From contig DATHJY010000005.1 in assembly GCA_035489575.1 (NCBI GenBank), positions 6,612 to 70,611 on the forward strand: a stretch of 64,000 nucleotides of DNA. Direction: 5' to 3'. Each line of letters opens with the position of its first letter. The stretch's first letter is position 1. A model generated the notes under the pieces. The model was given only the letters and a program-made list of their open reading frames with translations, searched no databases and was not told where the DNA came from. Shown in pieces: positions 43,592-53,199 of the stretch. A program made the position numbers and the translations under genes. Source of the DNA: Verrucomicrobiia bacterium (GTDB lineage: Bacteria; Patescibacteriota; Saccharimonadia; Saccharimonadales; JAGQNK01).

Positions 43592-44440
43592 CTAACCCTT
43601 CACAATCTTAGACGCGTAGCCGCGGGCCCGGCGCTTGCCGGCGGCAGCTATAGTACGTACCTGCCGGCGGCGAATCTTGTGGTATTCGGTTTCCAGCTGA
43701 TCGTAAGCTTGGGACTTTCCAGCCAGCTGCGTCTCTAGCTCGTCAATTTTCTTCTGTAGCTGCAGCTCGCGCGAAGTGTAATTGCCGGTACCCAAAACTC
43801 GTGGTGCGTAGTTATAAATGGTAAGCGACTCGGGTTCTACAGTATCCAGGTAGTAATTGTTCAGCCCGTCAAAAAACTCCAGCTTGTAACCAAGTTTCTT
43901 TAGCATAGGGTTAATTTTTTGGCGTACCGTAGCCTCGACAGCTAGGACGCTTGGCCGGTATTTATCCCAATCGTTGCCGTTAAGCGCCTCAACCTCAAAG
44001 CCCTCGACGTCTACCTTCATAAAATCTATCGGTGGAATATCTTGTTTGGCCAGCAAATCAGACAGAGGTTTTACCTCGACTTCTGAATCTTCGTAGGGCA
44101 GGTCCTGCCCTTCGTGAATCTTCATGATCTCTTCAGAGAATGTCGAAAGTCCGTTGTGGTGAGGATAGTTCCGAAAACGTAGCAGGCCTTTTTTATCGGC
44201 CACACCGAGGTTTAGGTTGATATCGCGGCGACGGGTGCGGGCAAAGGTCTTGTGAAGCTCCGGATTTGGTTCGATATTAATTCCGCGCCAGCCACGATCA
44301 TAGAACAACTTGGTAACCGAATGAAACTCTGGGTGGTGCGCGCCAACATCTACATAAAAACCTTTTTTGCGGTGCCCTAGTAGGGCCCACAAGTACATAT
44401 CCTCACGATTTTGTGCATACGTTACAAGCGGCGTGCTCAC
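43592..44440 (-). CDS. FkbM-family methyltransferase with a C-terminal coiled coil
   Basis: N-terminus YAQNREDMYLWALL..KGFYVDVGAHHP..S.TKLFYDRGWRGINIEPNP. C-terminus RELQLQKKIDELETQLAGKSQAYDQLETEY. Confidence 0.8.
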   Translation of the reverse strand: MSTPLVTYAQNREDMYLWALLGHRKKGFYVDVGAHHPEFHSVTKLFYDRGWRGINIEPNPELHKTFARTRRRDINLNLGVADKKGLLRFRNYPHHNGLSTFSEEIMKIHEGQDLPYEDSEVEVKPLSDLLAKQDIPPIDFMKVDVEGFEVEALNGNDWDKYRPSVLAVEATVRQKINPMLKKLGYKLEFFDGLNNYYLDTVEPESLTIYNYAPRVLGTGNYTSRELQLQKKIDELETQLAGKSQAYDQLETEYHKIRRRQVRTIAAAGKRRARGYASKIVKG

Positions 44441-44673
44441 TGTTTATCCCCTTTTGTGACACTATAGCATCTGCCAGCATGATTTGGGACAAATTGTTTT
44501 ATTTACATACCAAACTCATCCAGCTTAAAAAGAATGATTTTGCATGCTGCTCTGCTCTTTGAGGAAAAGTCGATTATTTACTACAGCATTTATGAATCAA
44601 CAGAACTTACAATAAATAACATTCGTAGAGGAACGCCCTCTTTGGCTCCTCTTTGACTTTGATCTGAAAATAC

Positions 44674-44702
44674 TTGACAAGCTAGACAGTCTAGCCTATC
44701 AT
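44674..44702 (+). promoter_or_regulatory. sigma70-like promoter plus palindromic operator, leaderless antitoxin transcript
   Basis: TTGACA (44674-44679), 17 nt, TATCAT (44697-44702), 6 nt, ATG 44709. Palindrome GCTAGACAGTCTAGC (44681-44695) sits in the spacer. Confidence 0.6.
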
Positions 44703-44708
44703 CATACC

Positions 44709-44957
44709 ATGACGTGGCAAATGCAAGACGCAAAAAATAAACTGAGCGAAGTCGTTGATACCAGCATCAGCAAGGGGCCGCAAATTATTAGTCGGCGTGG
44801 CCGCAACACCGCTGTTGTTATGAGTTACGAGGACTACCGGCGGCACATTACGCCAAAGAAAGGGCTTAAAAAGCTCCTCATGTCTACTGACCTTGACGAG
44901 CTTGACCTTGCCCGAGATCAATCCGTATCCGGTCGCGCCACCGACCTCAAACTATGA
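44709..44957 (+). CDS. Phd/YefM-type antitoxin
   Basis: MTWQMQDAKNKLSEVVDTSISKGPQIISRRGRNTAVVMSYEDY. ATGA overlap with the PIN gene. Confidence 0.8.
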   Translation: MTWQMQDAKNKLSEVVDTSISKGPQIISRRGRNTAVVMSYEDYRRHITPKKGLKKLLMSTDLDELDLARDQSVSGRATDLKL

Positions 44958-45382
44958 CAAACTACCTGTTGGATACCAACGCGCTTAGCGAAGCGCCAAA
45001 AAAGGCTCCCGATGGCAGCTTTATGGAGTGGTTTGCATCTGCTGATGAGCTCAACCTTTTCACTTCCTGCCTTGTGCTGGGTGAAATTAAAAAAGGTATA
45101 TCCCTAAACACAGACGGTGATAAACAAAAGCTTTTCAACAAGTGGCTGGCTGAAATCGTAGACGGTTTTGATAACCGAATTATAGAAGTAGATAAAGAAG
45201 TGTGCTTACTATGGGGTGAGCTTACAGCTACTGGCCAGCGACTTGGCAAGACCCCTCCCGCCATCGATGCCCTCATCGCCGCACAATGTCTCCAGCACAA
45301 CCTAGTACTCGTCACTCGCAATGTGAAGGATTTCGAACAGTTCTCTGACTTGAAGATTCTTTGCCCCTGGTCTAACCAGTAG
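44954..45382 (+). CDS. vapC: PIN-domain toxin (VapC/FitB-like)
   Basis: YLLDTNALSE N-terminal motif. VTRNVKDF near the C-terminus. 142 aa. Confidence 0.8.
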   Translation: MTNYLLDTNALSEAPKKAPDGSFMEWFASADELNLFTSCLVLGEIKKGISLNTDGDKQKLFNKWLAEIVDGFDNRIIEVDKEVCLLWGELTATGQRLGKTPPAIDALIAAQCLQHNLVLVTRNVKDFEQFSDLKILCPWSNQ

Positions 45383-45392
45383 CTAGCAAGCT

Positions 45393-45475
45393 CTTCTATC
45401 TGTTAGAAGACAGTCTTCGTTATTACAGTCTTCGTTATTACCTTCTATCTGTTAGAAGACAGTCTTCGTTATTAC
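45393..45475. repeat. tandem direct repeat (34-nt unit twice, 49-nt period, plus a 15-nt partial copy)
   Basis: CTTCTATCTGTTAGAAGACAGTCTTCGTTATTAC occurs at 45393-45426 and 45442-45475. AGTCTTCGTTATTAC is repeated at 45427-45441. Each unit holds the CTTCTA..TAGAAG hairpin. Confidence 0.9.
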
Positions 45476-45480
45476 TGTTA

Positions 45481-46065
45481 TTATTGCGGTTTTACTCGAG
45501 AGCGCCTCACCAAAAGAAACGCGAATAGCGAAACATTCATGAAAAAGACAACACCCGGATATAGTATATTTGTCAGTGAGTAGACTTCAAGGGCAAGAAG
45601 AGAGAAACATATGGAAGTTGCGTAAGTGAAATAAGCAAACGCAGTTTCTTCGTAAGGATTGCTGTAAGATTTTCGAAAAGTAGGGAAAAATCCACCAACT
45701 GCCTCCACGAGAGTAATGAGTACGGCGGCGATCAGAGGTTGATCTGTAGCAATCCAAAAAACAAAGGCTATGCCCGCGAAAAGCAGGCTTACTTTATCGA
45801 CAATTTGTATGTCCTTGTGTCCGTAAAGCAGAGAGAGTATGAAGATAAAGAGAGTCGCAGCCACAGTTAAGCCTAGAAGCCACGAGCCAGGCCCCCCTTT
45901 ACCCTGAACCTGTATACCGAAGCCCACCAACCCCAACACGGCCCAAACTAACCATGAATAAGCATGCGGCTTTGTTCTTTTTCTTAGGACATTATTGATG
46001 TATGGCACATAGCCGACAGATGCCACAACAAGAGAACATACTCCGAGAACAACTTTTAGATCCAT
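45481..46065 (-). CDS. hypothetical integral membrane protein (about 6 TM)
   Basis: 194 aa, hydrophobic throughout. No motif recognised. Confidence 0.6.
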   Translation of the reverse strand: MDLKVVLGVCSLVVASVGYVPYINNVLRKRTKPHAYSWLVWAVLGLVGFGIQVQGKGGPGSWLLGLTVAATLFIFILSLLYGHKDIQIVDKVSLLFAGIAFVFWIATDQPLIAAVLITLVEAVGGFFPTFRKSYSNPYEETAFAYFTYATSICFSLLALEVYSLTNILYPGVVFFMNVSLFAFLLVRRSRVKPQ

Positions 46066-46258
46066 GCCGTGTAGTGTAGCAGAAGGATTAGCGCAACACC
46101 CACCTCCTAGTAGTTATATGAACACCCAGCAAATCTATGACACGATAGAGTTTGCTTTACAGAACACCGCCAGTAAATGCCGCATGGAAGCCCCCAAATA
46201 TCCTTAATAGTCGTAAGTATATAGCCAGGCTTAGATTATGGGAATGTTTTTGTAGAAC

Positions 46259-47890
46259 TTACTGGTTTAGTCGTTCGAGTTCGCACAGCCGGAACTTGAG
46301 CGGGATCGTTTCGCGTGTATAGACAGGCAGCTCCTGGCATGACCGTGTCTTGAAGCCAAAGTGATTCAGGGTGTTCTCGGTAGCCACCGCCTCTTCATCG
46401 GCCTTGAGGGCATAGAACGGCGCGTTCTGCCTTTTCTTTTGCTCTACGGCCTGACGTAATTTGTTCTGCATGGCTGGAGTGCCCATGGCGGGCGAGCTCA
46501 GGTCACTTTCTATGCGAATGGCTTGGCTACTTTCTGGAAAATACGGCACCGTAAATCCAAATGGCGCAAAGCCCGGTATCAGCACGGCGGCATTTTCTAG
46601 GTGCGCAAAAGTGGCCTTACTCACACCAAAGTATGTCGGCCGCCACGAGACCCGCCCCCAGTCTATGGGCACCGTCAGCCGGGTAATAGTCACGGCCACC
46701 ACGACGACCGCTGCGGTAGCGTAGGTAAATCGAGGTACCAGGGTGTACACAGCGGTAGTTATAGCTACGAGCGCTAGTAGTTCGAGTGGCATGAGGTAAC
46801 GATAGTACGAGAACTTGGCCGTCCAGATCACAAATGACACCACCACAAAAATCCAAAAAGCGGTGTGCGGTTTGGACCATCTTGGCAGCGATGTCTTTTC
46901 CTTCAGCACCCACTTGCGCACCACGAAATATCCGACCAGCACAACCAGCGCAGTGTAGGCTACGGCCAGCCGCGGATCTTTAAATGGTATTTCCGAAGAT
47001 AGTGCCTGCTTGGATGCATAGTAGAACGGCGCAAAGACTGCGTGCAGCAAAGACTTTGGTATCCAACGCACGTCTTCAAAATTCTTGGCCGGATAATAGG
47101 GCGACTGAAAAACAGCATTATAAAAAGGGAAGATAGGACTCTTAAATAACTGCCATAGCTTGAGATACCAGAAGCCACCCGTCAGCAGCGTGCCAATGCC
47201 TATGGCCAATCCATGAAAGAAGCCTTCTTTGATTTTTTTGACCCAGCTGCCCTCTACCAATAGCCCCGCCGCCAGGAGTGCCAAAGCATAGATAACCCCG
47301 GTCAGCTTCAACCCAACACCAGCGCCAATAACAAAGTACGCCGCCAAACGAACTAGCCTCTGCGACGGCCAGACTTTTGGCCTAGAAAAGCTAAAGAGCA
47401 ACAGCAGCAGGCCGCCCAGCACAAATAGACTGGCCAAATTATCGCCCATAGTATTGCCGACTTCTGATATATTGCCTGCCCCAAAGAACGACAAAATACC
47501 GACGAACAAGGCAACCGCCCAGCGCTGCCAGCTCCAGATCCTCTTCCGCGGCAACAAGAGCAGCACAATCTCAAAGATTAGGAAGATGTTCAGACCCTGG
47601 ATCATGCCCAAGCCGGTTGCTGCTATCCGCGGACGAACATGGCTGATCAGCAGATAGCCCGGAATATCAGGCAGCGGGTTGGCATAGCTCTCCAGTTCGC
47701 CAATGGCTATGTCGTGCTCTATACGGTCGTTTAGGAATATATGTGGGTTAGCGTAGTGGTAATTCTGCAAGTCAAAGTTAATATCCTGGCCCAGACGTGC
47801 TGCCATGAAGCCACCAATGCCCACCGCAACAACCAGAGCAAAGATATGAATTCCGTATTTTTTTAGTGAGTGTTTTATTTTTGTTTTCAC
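46259..47890 (-). CDS. large polytopic membrane protein, putative GT-C-type glycosyltransferase (DUF2029/GT87-like)
   Basis: 543 aa, more than 10 TM helices. N-terminal loop QDINFDLQNYHY. Located inside the glycan locus. Confidence 0.55.
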   Translation of the reverse strand: MKTKIKHSLKKYGIHIFALVVAVGIGGFMAARLGQDINFDLQNYHYANPHIFLNDRIEHDIAIGELESYANPLPDIPGYLLISHVRPRIAATGLGMIQGLNIFLIFEIVLLLLPRKRIWSWQRWAVALFVGILSFFGAGNISEVGNTMGDNLASLFVLGGLLLLLFSFSRPKVWPSQRLVRLAAYFVIGAGVGLKLTGVIYALALLAAGLLVEGSWVKKIKEGFFHGLAIGIGTLLTGGFWYLKLWQLFKSPIFPFYNAVFQSPYYPAKNFEDVRWIPKSLLHAVFAPFYYASKQALSSEIPFKDPRLAVAYTALVVLVGYFVVRKWVLKEKTSLPRWSKPHTAFWIFVVVSFVIWTAKFSYYRYLMPLELLALVAITTAVYTLVPRFTYATAAVVVVAVTITRLTVPIDWGRVSWRPTYFGVSKATFAHLENAAVLIPGFAPFGFTVPYFPESSQAIRIESDLSSPAMGTPAMQNKLRQAVEQKKRQNAPFYALKADEEAVATENTLNHFGFKTRSCQELPVYTRETIPLKFRLCELERLNQ

Positions 47891-47901
47891 TGGTTTATTG
47901 C

Positions 47902-49215
47902 TTACATCTTATCTACAAACTTTTTTACTTGAGTAAAGGTGTGGTCCCATGCAACGGGCTGGTAGGTCTTTTGTATCTGCGCCTCTTTCTTTGCCAGCGT
48001 GGGCTTGTCCATGTATTTCTGTAGCAGCTCCAAACAACCAACCGTGTCATAGGGCGAGAAGTACTCTATGAGGTCTCCGGCAATCTCGGTCATAGACGAA
48101 GTGTCAGACGCCAAGCACAATTTGCCATGAGCCAATGACTCGGCAATAGGCAGCCCCCAGCCCTCATACACAGACGGATAAACCGTCAACAGACAATTTT
48201 GATACAGCCACTCTAGCTCTTGGTCACTGCGGCCGCCAATATACACCATGTCACGAAACGCTGGGTCATGCGTAAACTGGTACATGACATCGCCCGTGTA
48301 CCACCCCTTACCCCCTACCACTACCAGTTTGGGCAGTTTGAGGCCACGCCGAAAGCCTTCTTTGTAGGCGGTATACAGTAGCTGGTGATTCTTGCGTACC
48401 TCGACCGTGCCACAGCACAGTATAAAGTTGCCCGGCTTGAGTGATTTTATCCCCGGCTTTACCGGCTCTACTTTGGCAAAATCATCACCCAGTCTAATGA
48501 CATCGATGGGGGGCGGCGGAATCAGCATGCCTTTGCAATAATTCAGCATATCCCGCTTGGACGACTCAGAAATAGCCAGCAAGCCATCAGACAAAGCACC
48601 CACCTCAAACATGTGTTGGGTATAGGGTTTGAACAGCGGCAGGCCAAACAGGTGCGGGAAAAAGATCGGTATAAGATCGTACACTACCTGGATAATTTTG
48701 AAGTGCTGATCCAGCTTGTCCTTGCGCAGCGCTTCCATAAATGACCGATAGTCCCACGCCTTGCCCGTTATCAGCACTATGTCATCAGCACCAAATCGCA
48801 TAGCCGGAGTAGTAGGGGTCGCCACTGCGGGCTGCGGTGGCCGCATGGTGCGCTTGGCTTTTTTTAGCACGCGCTTTATAAGAGTTCGTCGTTCGGGTGT
48901 CAGCCGCTTGCGCACCGCTTCTGGAGAATTCTGGTACACGCGAGCTACCATAACACGAGCCCGAATAGACTTGGACGGCTTGGGGGGTGGTGCACCTGCT
49001 TCGGCTTCTTGCGCGGCAGCCTCGACGCGTTGGATCACTTCATCAAATGAATGCTGGTGAAAGGTATTGCTGCGTGGATTAAACACAAAGTAGTCAACGT
49101 TTGGCTGGCCCCGATACCGTTTGGCAATCTGATAGACCACACGCTGAGTGCCGGTATGGTAGCCAGCCCAAACACTAATGTCACTGATATCAATCCATAC
49201 TTTTTTGGCGCTCAT
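47902..49215 (-). CDS. glycosyltransferase family 4 (GT-B)
   Basis: EGWGLPIAESLAHGKLCLAS motif. Start moved to ATG 49215 (MSAKKVWIDISD), giving an ATGA overlap with the upstream gene. Confidence 0.8.
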   Translation of the reverse strand: MSAKKVWIDISDISVWAGYHTGTQRVVYQIAKRYRGQPNVDYFVFNPRSNTFHQHSFDEVIQRVEAAAQEAEAGAPPPKPSKSIRARVMVARVYQNSPEAVRKRLTPERRTLIKRVLKKAKRTMRPPQPAVATPTTPAMRFGADDIVLITGKAWDYRSFMEALRKDKLDQHFKIIQVVYDLIPIFFPHLFGLPLFKPYTQHMFEVGALSDGLLAISESSKRDMLNYCKGMLIPPPPIDVIRLGDDFAKVEPVKPGIKSLKPGNFILCCGTVEVRKNHQLLYTAYKEGFRRGLKLPKLVVVGGKGWYTGDVMYQFTHDPAFRDMVYIGGRSDQELEWLYQNCLLTVYPSVYEGWGLPIAESLAHGKLCLASDTSSMTEIAGDLIEYFSPYDTVGCLELLQKYMDKPTLAKKEAQIQKTYQPVAWDHTFTQVKKFVDKM

Positions 49216-50423
49216 AGTGCTTTGACCCCTTCCACCATTGGCTGCAGGCAGTATTCCCACTGCACTTTTTCGGCTAGAGCCTCCTGCTCTTTGGTCCTTT
49301 TTTTGAATGGTGCATCAAAGGCTTTTAACAGTGTTTCGCGAAAAGCCTCGGGCGTGTCGGCCACATAGACATTGGGCAGATCCATATAGTCTTCAAACGA
49401 CCGAAAGGCATAACTGGTAGCCACAATCTTTTTGCCGGACAGGATAGCTTCGGCGGTTTTTAGATTTGACCCACCGCCTTCGGTAATCGGCAGCAGAATA
49501 ACGTCGCTGCTATCTATGAGGCCATATAAGGCGTCGTCACTCATTCGCCCTGCTGCATGTACGCGGTTCCAGAAAGTAACATATTCTGGCTGCAGCTTCT
49601 TCTCCACAAACGTGTCGTGGAAATAATCAGAGATACTGCCCGCCAGCATAATTCGGGCGTCTGACGGCATAAAGCCTACACGATCGCCAATGGTTGCCAA
49701 AAAGCCAAACCAGTTTGGTGGGTGAGCGCTACCTACAAAAGTTGCGATCTTGGTAACCCGCTCTTGCTCACGGAACTGCGTCCAGCGGTCACGAGCCGCC
49801 TGACTGGCGTGATGCTTAGCAATACCGTTCGGGGCAACAACTGGATGTTTTGCACCCAGCTCCGCCAACTCTGCGGCATCTTCAGGACTGACTGCTACCG
49901 ACAGGTCGGCATGGGTAGACATGTCTGATTCCCACTTTTTTATCAACTCGCTCGCCTCTTTTGCCTCGTCGGCATAGCCGGCGTTGCTCAGGATCTCCAG
50001 CTTCTGAATATATTCAATGTTCTGTGAACTTTGCACAATCTTAGGGTGCATATCCAGTTCCTCTAGAAGCGGTTTCAGGCCAAAGTAGGGAAAGACTTGC
50101 TCGCACTGGATAATATCCGGCTTAAAGGTTGTTAGCAACTTCTCCATGCGCTTACGCACCCTGGGATCGTCATGGATAGCCAAACCACAAATGATGTCAC
50201 CAGTGTAAGGCGAGTCTGTGGTCTTTTTGCGGGTAATACCCTTTACGGCAATGTCGCTGCGATCATACACCTGGTAGTAATCCGGTGGGAAAATAGCTAC
50301 AAACCTGACCTCTGAAAAGATCTGCTTGTACAGCTTGACGATAGCAGCCAGTCGCTTTTGCCCGCCGTGCTGCGGCCGCTTGATCGGATATACCCCAATG
50401 ATGAGAATTTTTTTCTTGACCAT
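49212..50423 (-). CDS. glycosyltransferase (GT-B, GT4-like)
   Basis: 403 aa. N-terminus KILIIGVYPIKRPQHGGQKR. C-terminus GGGSNLKTAEAILSGKKIVATS. Confidence 0.7.
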   Translation of the reverse strand: MVKKKILIIGVYPIKRPQHGGQKRLAAIVKLYKQIFSEVRFVAIFPPDYYQVYDRSDIAVKGITRKKTTDSPYTGDIICGLAIHDDPRVRKRMEKLLTTFKPDIIQCEQVFPYFGLKPLLEELDMHPKIVQSSQNIEYIQKLEILSNAGYADEAKEASELIKKWESDMSTHADLSVAVSPEDAAELAELGAKHPVVAPNGIAKHHASQAARDRWTQFREQERVTKIATFVGSAHPPNWFGFLATIGDRVGFMPSDARIMLAGSISDYFHDTFVEKKLQPEYVTFWNRVHAAGRMSDDALYGLIDSSDVILLPITEGGGSNLKTAEAILSGKKIVATSYAFRSFEDYMDLPNVYVADTPEAFRETLLKAFDAPFKKRTKEQEALAEKVQWEYCLQPMVEGVKAL

Positions 50424-50430
50424 GTATTCC

Positions 50431-52116
50431 TTAAATCTTTGTGATTATATCTTCAATGATGCTTTGGTTATTGCGCTGAGTGTCCAAAAAGTCAGCCCGG
50501 TGCACAACATTGCCAGCTTGTTCCAACAAAGCCGACATGGCTTCTACCTTGTGTTTGGCCCTCAGGCTCTTTTTGTCTGCCTCACCGATATATCCGGCAT
50601 GTACCAGCTCGCTCAGCAAACCGGCAGACTTGGGCATAACAAAACAAATACCCGGAACCGCCACAGCTCGGCGGACCACCTCTACACTAGCACCGGTCTC
50701 ATCAATAAAATATACGTTTTTTCTACTACGGAGCCCTGCAGGCGACAGATGCTTTACGTTCCCAACCCAGGCCATGCGATCCATGAAGTATGCCTTCTGG
50801 CTGCTGTCTACGTACACGTCCTCACTCACCCAGTAGTGAATATCCGCCTTGGTGCTCAGCCCCCATACCAGCGACTGCACGACTGCACCCAAGTTGCCGC
50901 TGCTTGTCGCCGGGTGCGGCAGTACAAAGTTATAAGCACCCTTCTTTGGCTTTTTTGCTGGCTGCTGGTGAGGCAAATGCTGCAAGCTGTCTGCTAAGCG
51001 CTCGGCACTGGCCCGCCAGGTATAGGTACTCTCGATACGCTTGTACTCGGCCTGTTTGTCGGCCCAGTTCAGTTTTGCCACACCATCTACCAACGCCTTG
51101 GTGATTGACTCTGCCGAATCAGGATTGGCAAAGTAAAAAGCTTTTTTGGAAAGTTCTTCAAATACATCGATTGTCGAACATATGACCGGCTTGTCATACA
51201 TAACTCCCTCAAGCAGAGGCAGACCCAAGCCCTCTATGTAGGACACTAGCATAATGGCCGCACTACCCCGGTAATAATAGTCCAGCACTTGTTCGGTTAT
51301 ATTGCCCGTAAACACAATGTTTTCGGTATAAGTCCGTAGTAGTTCCTGGCTGTCGTCAGAAAAAGTAGATGTGACAACCAGCGTAAAGTCGTCTCCAAAC
51401 TCACGGTTGAACTGCGCAAAGGCTTTGACGGCATTTTCGTTATTTTTGTGCGGGTAGTCAGCACTAATCATAAGAATGTAAGGCTTGGGCAGGTCTGGTT
51501 TCTTGACCAACTCCCTGGATTCTCGCTCTATAGTTGCCCCATTCAAGTTCACGATTTTTCCAGGAGCGATAGACAGCTCATTTTCTAGTTGACGCTTTGT
51601 AGTCTCGGAAATAGCATAGATAACATCGGCCTCAAATATGCCTGAGAAATGTGAAAAATACAGATTGGCCGAGAACAGTGCCGAAAAATCCCGCCACCGT
51701 ATCAGTGGAATAAGATCATAAAAAATGAGTAGTTTGGCCGCCACTTGTGTCGGAAAGCTAGCACAATAATGGAACATAAACAGCCCCAAAATCAGGAAAT
51801 GTACAGACTGCCCTTTGTGATTGATCCGAATATATTCGTCCAGCCGAGTCGTTGCCTTATGTTTACCACGAGCAACGTTACCGTCTAGCGTAGGCAAGTC
51901 CAGCATAACAATGTCCGACTGCGGAAAGTATTTCTTGAAGGTATGGCGCTTGGCGTCAGTCAGCTCAAGGTTTTTGTTACAAATAAATGTAATAGGAAGT
52001 GCATCATTGCGGGTGGCATAGTCTTTCAGCAGCGCCAGACAGTAAGCACCCATGCCGCGCTCCCAGGCAGCCGTCTGCAGCAGCTGGGCATCTACCAACA
52101 GTACTTTGTCACTCAT
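50431..52116 (-). CDS. glycosyltransferase family 4 with an about 190-aa C-terminal extension
   Basis: EGLGLPLLEGVMYDKPVICS motif at about residue 300. The extra C-terminal domain has no recognised family. Confidence 0.7.
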   Translation of the reverse strand: MSDKVLLVDAQLLQTAAWERGMGAYCLALLKDYATRNDALPITFICNKNLELTDAKRHTFKKYFPQSDIVMLDLPTLDGNVARGKHKATTRLDEYIRINHKGQSVHFLILGLFMFHYCASFPTQVAAKLLIFYDLIPLIRWRDFSALFSANLYFSHFSGIFEADVIYAISETTKRQLENELSIAPGKIVNLNGATIERESRELVKKPDLPKPYILMISADYPHKNNENAVKAFAQFNREFGDDFTLVVTSTFSDDSQELLRTYTENIVFTGNITEQVLDYYYRGSAAIMLVSYIEGLGLPLLEGVMYDKPVICSTIDVFEELSKKAFYFANPDSAESITKALVDGVAKLNWADKQAEYKRIESTYTWRASAERLADSLQHLPHQQPAKKPKKGAYNFVLPHPATSSGNLGAVVQSLVWGLSTKADIHYWVSEDVYVDSSQKAYFMDRMAWVGNVKHLSPAGLRSRKNVYFIDETGASVEVVRRAVAVPGICFVMPKSAGLLSELVHAGYIGEADKKSLRAKHKVEAMSALLEQAGNVVHRADFLDTQRNNQSIIEDIITKI

Positions 52117-53192
52117 CGTATCTTCCTTTTTGCATAAGCCATGCCGCGCTTGACCCGGCCGTACTGCCGAGCAGCGGCTTGCTTGCCGTGCCTGAATTGC
52201 TTTTGCAGGCCAGCCTGCATATCTTGTTGTAGCTGCGCAACTCCCACTGCCGTATCAAGCCCATACGTTTCTGCTGACCTAACCGTAGTTGGCACAGCAG
52301 TAGATAGCTTGTGTTCTATTCGGGCGTCGACCCTTTTTACCAAACCCCTCACGTGCGTGCGCGCATCGATAGCCTGTGGCTTGCGTGCCGGCTTGATAGC
52401 CCCAAGCTCATCTATCTTTTGCTTGGCGCGCTTTAGCTGAAGAGCCAGTAGACGCTTTTCGCGGTCCAGATCGTTCAGGCGAATATACTCGTCCCATGCC
52501 ACAAAGCGCGGCCCTAGTAGCACCTTGTCTGGATACGAATATTTCTGGATACGCTTTTCGTCTTCGTTGCGTACAAAGTATTCATTCAACCCATCAAAAA
52601 ATACCTTGGTGTAGTTGGCTTTTTTAAGGATAGGGTGCCAATCTTTAAAAACGTGATTGGCTTCTATACATACCACCCGTGGTCGATACTTGTGCCAGTC
52701 ATTGCTGATCAGTGCCTCGTATTCATACCCTTCTATATCTACTTTTAAGAAATCAATGGTCGGTACTTTGTGTTCTTTAAATATATGCTCGAGTGTTTGG
52801 ACGGGCACCTTATAGTCTTTGTAGATGCGGGTGAAGTAGTAGTTACTCTTTTCGTACTGCTGCTGCATGTCAGCTGAGAAGGTGGACAGGCCATCACCTC
52901 GCTCATAGTCGCGAAAGACTAATTCTGCGGCTTTATCAGAAACACCCACCATTAGGTTGATGTCACGTGGCCGATCAGCAGCCAACAGTCCGTGCAGTAA
53001 AGGAGAGGGTTCTATATTCATGCCCCGCCAGCCCAGACGATAAAAATGCTTGGTTACTGAGTCTTTGGCTGGGTGGTTGGCCCCTACGTCTACATAAAAG
53101 CCTTTTTTTATATCGTCCAGCAAGCTATACAAAATAATGTCTTCGCCATTCTGCCCAAAGCTGATGAATGACGTCGGTTTGTTGTCGGCCAT
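52113..53192 (-). CDS. FkbM-family methyltransferase with a C-terminal coiled coil/basic tail
   Basis: GQNGEDIILYSLL..KGFYVDVGANHP..S.TKHFYRLGWRGMNIEPSP. C-terminus LDREKRLLALQLKRAKQKIDELG. Confidence 0.8.
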   Translation of the reverse strand: MADNKPTSFISFGQNGEDIILYSLLDDIKKGFYVDVGANHPAKDSVTKHFYRLGWRGMNIEPSPLLHGLLAADRPRDINLMVGVSDKAAELVFRDYERGDGLSTFSADMQQQYEKSNYYFTRIYKDYKVPVQTLEHIFKEHKVPTIDFLKVDIEGYEYEALISNDWHKYRPRVVCIEANHVFKDWHPILKKANYTKVFFDGLNEYFVRNEDEKRIQKYSYPDKVLLGPRFVAWDEYIRLNDLDREKRLLALQLKRAKQKIDELGAIKPARKPQAIDARTHVRGLVKRVDARIEHKLSTAVPTTVRSAETYGLDTAVGVAQLQQDMQAGLQKQFRHGKQAAARQYGRVKRGMAYAKRKIR

Positions 53193-53199
53193 GTCTTTT

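Noticed and set aside
45393-45475. Possible CRISPR array.
   Set aside because: There are only two full repeat units. The material between them is itself a partial copy of the repeat rather than a unique spacer. No cas genes are in the window.
50326-50997. 223-aa plus-strand ORF.
   Set aside because: It is antisense to the GT4 gene 50431..52116 and spans an intergenic junction. It has no SD or motifs.
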